Positions 61,746-64,000 of a stretch of 64,000 nucleotides of DNA are shown piece by piece. Source of the stretch: Marsupella aquatica (lineage: Eukaryota; Plantae; Marchantiophyta); NCBI GenBank assembly GCA_973895155.1, contig OZ316894.1, forward strand, positions 1,115,968-1,179,967. Direction: 5' to 3'. The notes beneath the pieces are model-generated. The model saw nothing but the letters and a program-made list of their open reading frames with translations. It was not told where the DNA came from and searched no databases. Each line of letters opens with the position of its first letter. Within the stretch, counting starts at the first letter, position 1. A program made the position numbers and the translations under genes.

Positions 61746-64000
61746 CTAGACGCCTAAAAAGCTTTGGAAGCTCTTATACTTGGGCTCCCAACCAGTGGCC
61801 TTTCGAGTCAAATTATTGTACATTTTCTTCCCCCGAGGTCCATCCACACCTGCATTTCATAGGAGATTCGTCATGGTCAGGAATGTTTTCGCCATCACTG
61901 CAGCTAAGACCATGCTGCATCATACTCCAGTCCCTAGTGCTGCCCTCAGCATGCTTGCAAGTGCAATAAATGGAGCATTTTGAGCAACCTCTTGGAGAAT
62001 GTCTTTCATTGACGTGAATTAATAAATGAAAACAGAAATCAGTGCATTTAGAAGGATATAGCGTTCAGTTTATGCAACATGCATTAAGTAGAGAATGTGG
62101 CACCTGTGAACTCTTTAAACTTCTGCTCGAATTTTCCACTCTTGTCGACAGCGTCCATCATCTCCTGCCTGGAATGGGTGAGTCACCCACAAACAAATCA
62201 GACCTTGAGATTAGCAATGACTAGGCTTGATTGACCTCATATTAAGAGCTCTGAAATCACTCATCAAAATAAACTCTTAAAATCCTGAAGTCTTGAAGAC
62301 GAGGGTTGCGTACCTAGTAATCGGACTATTATCGCACCCCATACAGATTTGACCACGGCTTTCGCCGTTCAAAATGGCCACGCACAAACTTGCCGCATCC
62401 TGTCAAGACACAATGGCAGAGAGACAAGCAGAGCCATTCACAGACGGTTAGAAAACTCATAGCACCTCGTCTCCTTCGGTTTGAGAGGTCGCACTTAGGA
62501 CCTCGGCTTATCCTCTTGAAGCCTGGTCTACCCATCAAGCCGTCTCCAAAGAATTTTTCCTCCAAACAGAACTCCAAAGAAACGCAGGTATTCCCAGGAC
62601 AAAGGTATGTAGAATAGCAACGCTTGATCACCGGCGGACAACTTTGGTAATGTCCAGAAAAGACGACACTTAATAATGTTCCCTGTAGAACATTACATGT
62701 GGCCGACGAATGTACAAATAACACATCCCAAGCTTGGTAAACTTTGACGCAGACGAGCTCCCTGATTAACAGGGAACAGGACTCATTCGACATACGTCAT
62801 CAGCAAAACGGAGACAGAGTAGTACCTCGTAGTGAATGAGATTCAATGTGTGGTCAGGTCGTCCATCGACAGTCCCCTTACTGAGATAGAACGTATGAGC
62901 TCCACGATTCAGAAGGTACTATTCTCCGTCAAGGCTCACATTTAAGATACGATATTGCTGTTCTACAATCCTAAGTAGCTTGTAAACTCGGAGTTCTACT
63001 GACCGTAAAGGCACTGTGACAAAATGCGCAAGGAGGATATATATAACCCGGCAAGTCTAACGACGCTGCCACCGACCTTGAGAATCTCATCCTCTGCATC
63101 CAGCAATTTATCTGTCCTGGGTCCTCTCCCTCTCGGAACAGAGGGTCCACTTTCCTGCACGGCAAAAGGCTATCAGCAAGGTTCATAACCATCTTCATTA
63201 CGTCCTCGGAAAAGCACTTCCCCTAGGAGGCCCAGAGCATAAATCTCCAGCGAAGATTCACTGTAAGAAAGTGTACCTCGTCACAGACACCGCTGTCATT
63301 GGAATCGTAGAGAGCACTACTGGAAGTGAACAAGAGTGATCCTTCCCCGTTCCACCTCTGAGCAGCTGCCCTGCATCAAACATGCATACTCCACCTTCTG
63401 ACTTTTTCCAGCATTGTGGGACGATAACCACCATTGCAATTGCAGTTTCATGGGGAACTCACAAAAAAACAGCAAATTGATGTCGAAGAACCCATTAGAA
63501 CAACACAAACTTCTCCTCTATTGGAGAAATGCCCAACCTGACTTCGGCAACGTAATCCAAACTTCCAGAAGGAGGAGCGCAGAATATGACGTAGGGAAAC
63601 TTTTCCGTATGTTGTGGGTCGTCTTTCACCACCGGGACAATCCCCACAGATTTTAGGTCCTCATGGCGAGCAGTGGTGTTCGTTTGACCCACCACCGTAC
63701 TTCCCTCATTGCCCTGCACGCACAGGACAACACCTGCTCATCACAAATATATGGATCGCATGTCATGAGGGAATTGGTGTTTGACTCACCACTGTGCTTC
63801 CCTCATTCCCCTGCACGCAAACAAACACCGCTCATCACCAAAATTTGGATGGCATGTTATGAGTAAATTGCTCAGTGCAACATGTACAATCATGGAGTAC
63901 CCACCTTCAGCCAGAGTTGTGCGACGAGGCCTCCAAGTACTCCGGGTCCCACAACCAACAAATCTGCCACTGTCTTTCCCTCGGGCTTGAAGTTGGTCGT
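61746..64000 (-). CDS. NAD(P)-binding Rossmann-fold protein (YeeZ-like epimerase/dehydratase superfamily), 5' end outside window; exons >64000-63905, 63713-63538, 63370-63277, 63154-63041, 62915-62826, 62399-62314, 62168-62104, 61849-61746
   Basis: DLLVVGPGVLGG, FPYVIFCAPPS, WNGEGSLLFTSSSALYD, VVRLAGLY, RGAH, NLIHYEDAASL, GCDN, GWEPKYKSF. Splice phases are consistent. Confidence 0.92.
62916..63040 (-). other. U12-type (minor spliceosome) AT-AC intron, 125 nt
   Basis: 5' site ATATCCTCC, branch site GCCTTGAC about 13 nt upstream of the terminal AC. Removal joins RLAGLY to LLNRGAH in frame. Confidence 0.9.

Noticed and set aside
61286-61969. 227-aa plus-strand ORF
   Set aside because: No motifs; antisense to the last exon and 3' UTR of the Rossmann-fold gene.

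Overview
Eukaryotic nuclear DNA from a land plant, most likely a non-seed plant such as a bryophyte (inferred from gene style and repeat content; species not determinable). From start to end: (1) two tandem LRR receptor-like kinase genes about 7.95 kb apart, the first truncated by the window edge and carrying a premature stop in kinase exon 2; (2) a repeat-rich, gene-poor stretch; (3) an HMA-domain metal-binding protein gene; (4) three intronless carbohydrate-enzyme loci within about 11 kb: a pectin-acetylesterase pseudogene, a fungal-looking GT2 pseudogene and an intact 746-aa protein with two fused GT34 domains; (5) retroelement/MITE/SINE remnants including a long foldback; (6) a SERF/4F5 small protein gene; (7) a four-exon gene I assembled by hand (490 aa) with an MLKL/RPW8-like N-terminal helical bundle, a Cbl-EF-hand-like segment and two tandem beta-rich repeats, a candidate new cell-death/immune executor; (8) the 3' part of a Rossmann-fold (YeeZ-like) gene containing a U12-type AT-AC intron and a possible new micro-exon. 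Family assignments come from motif recognition, not database searches.
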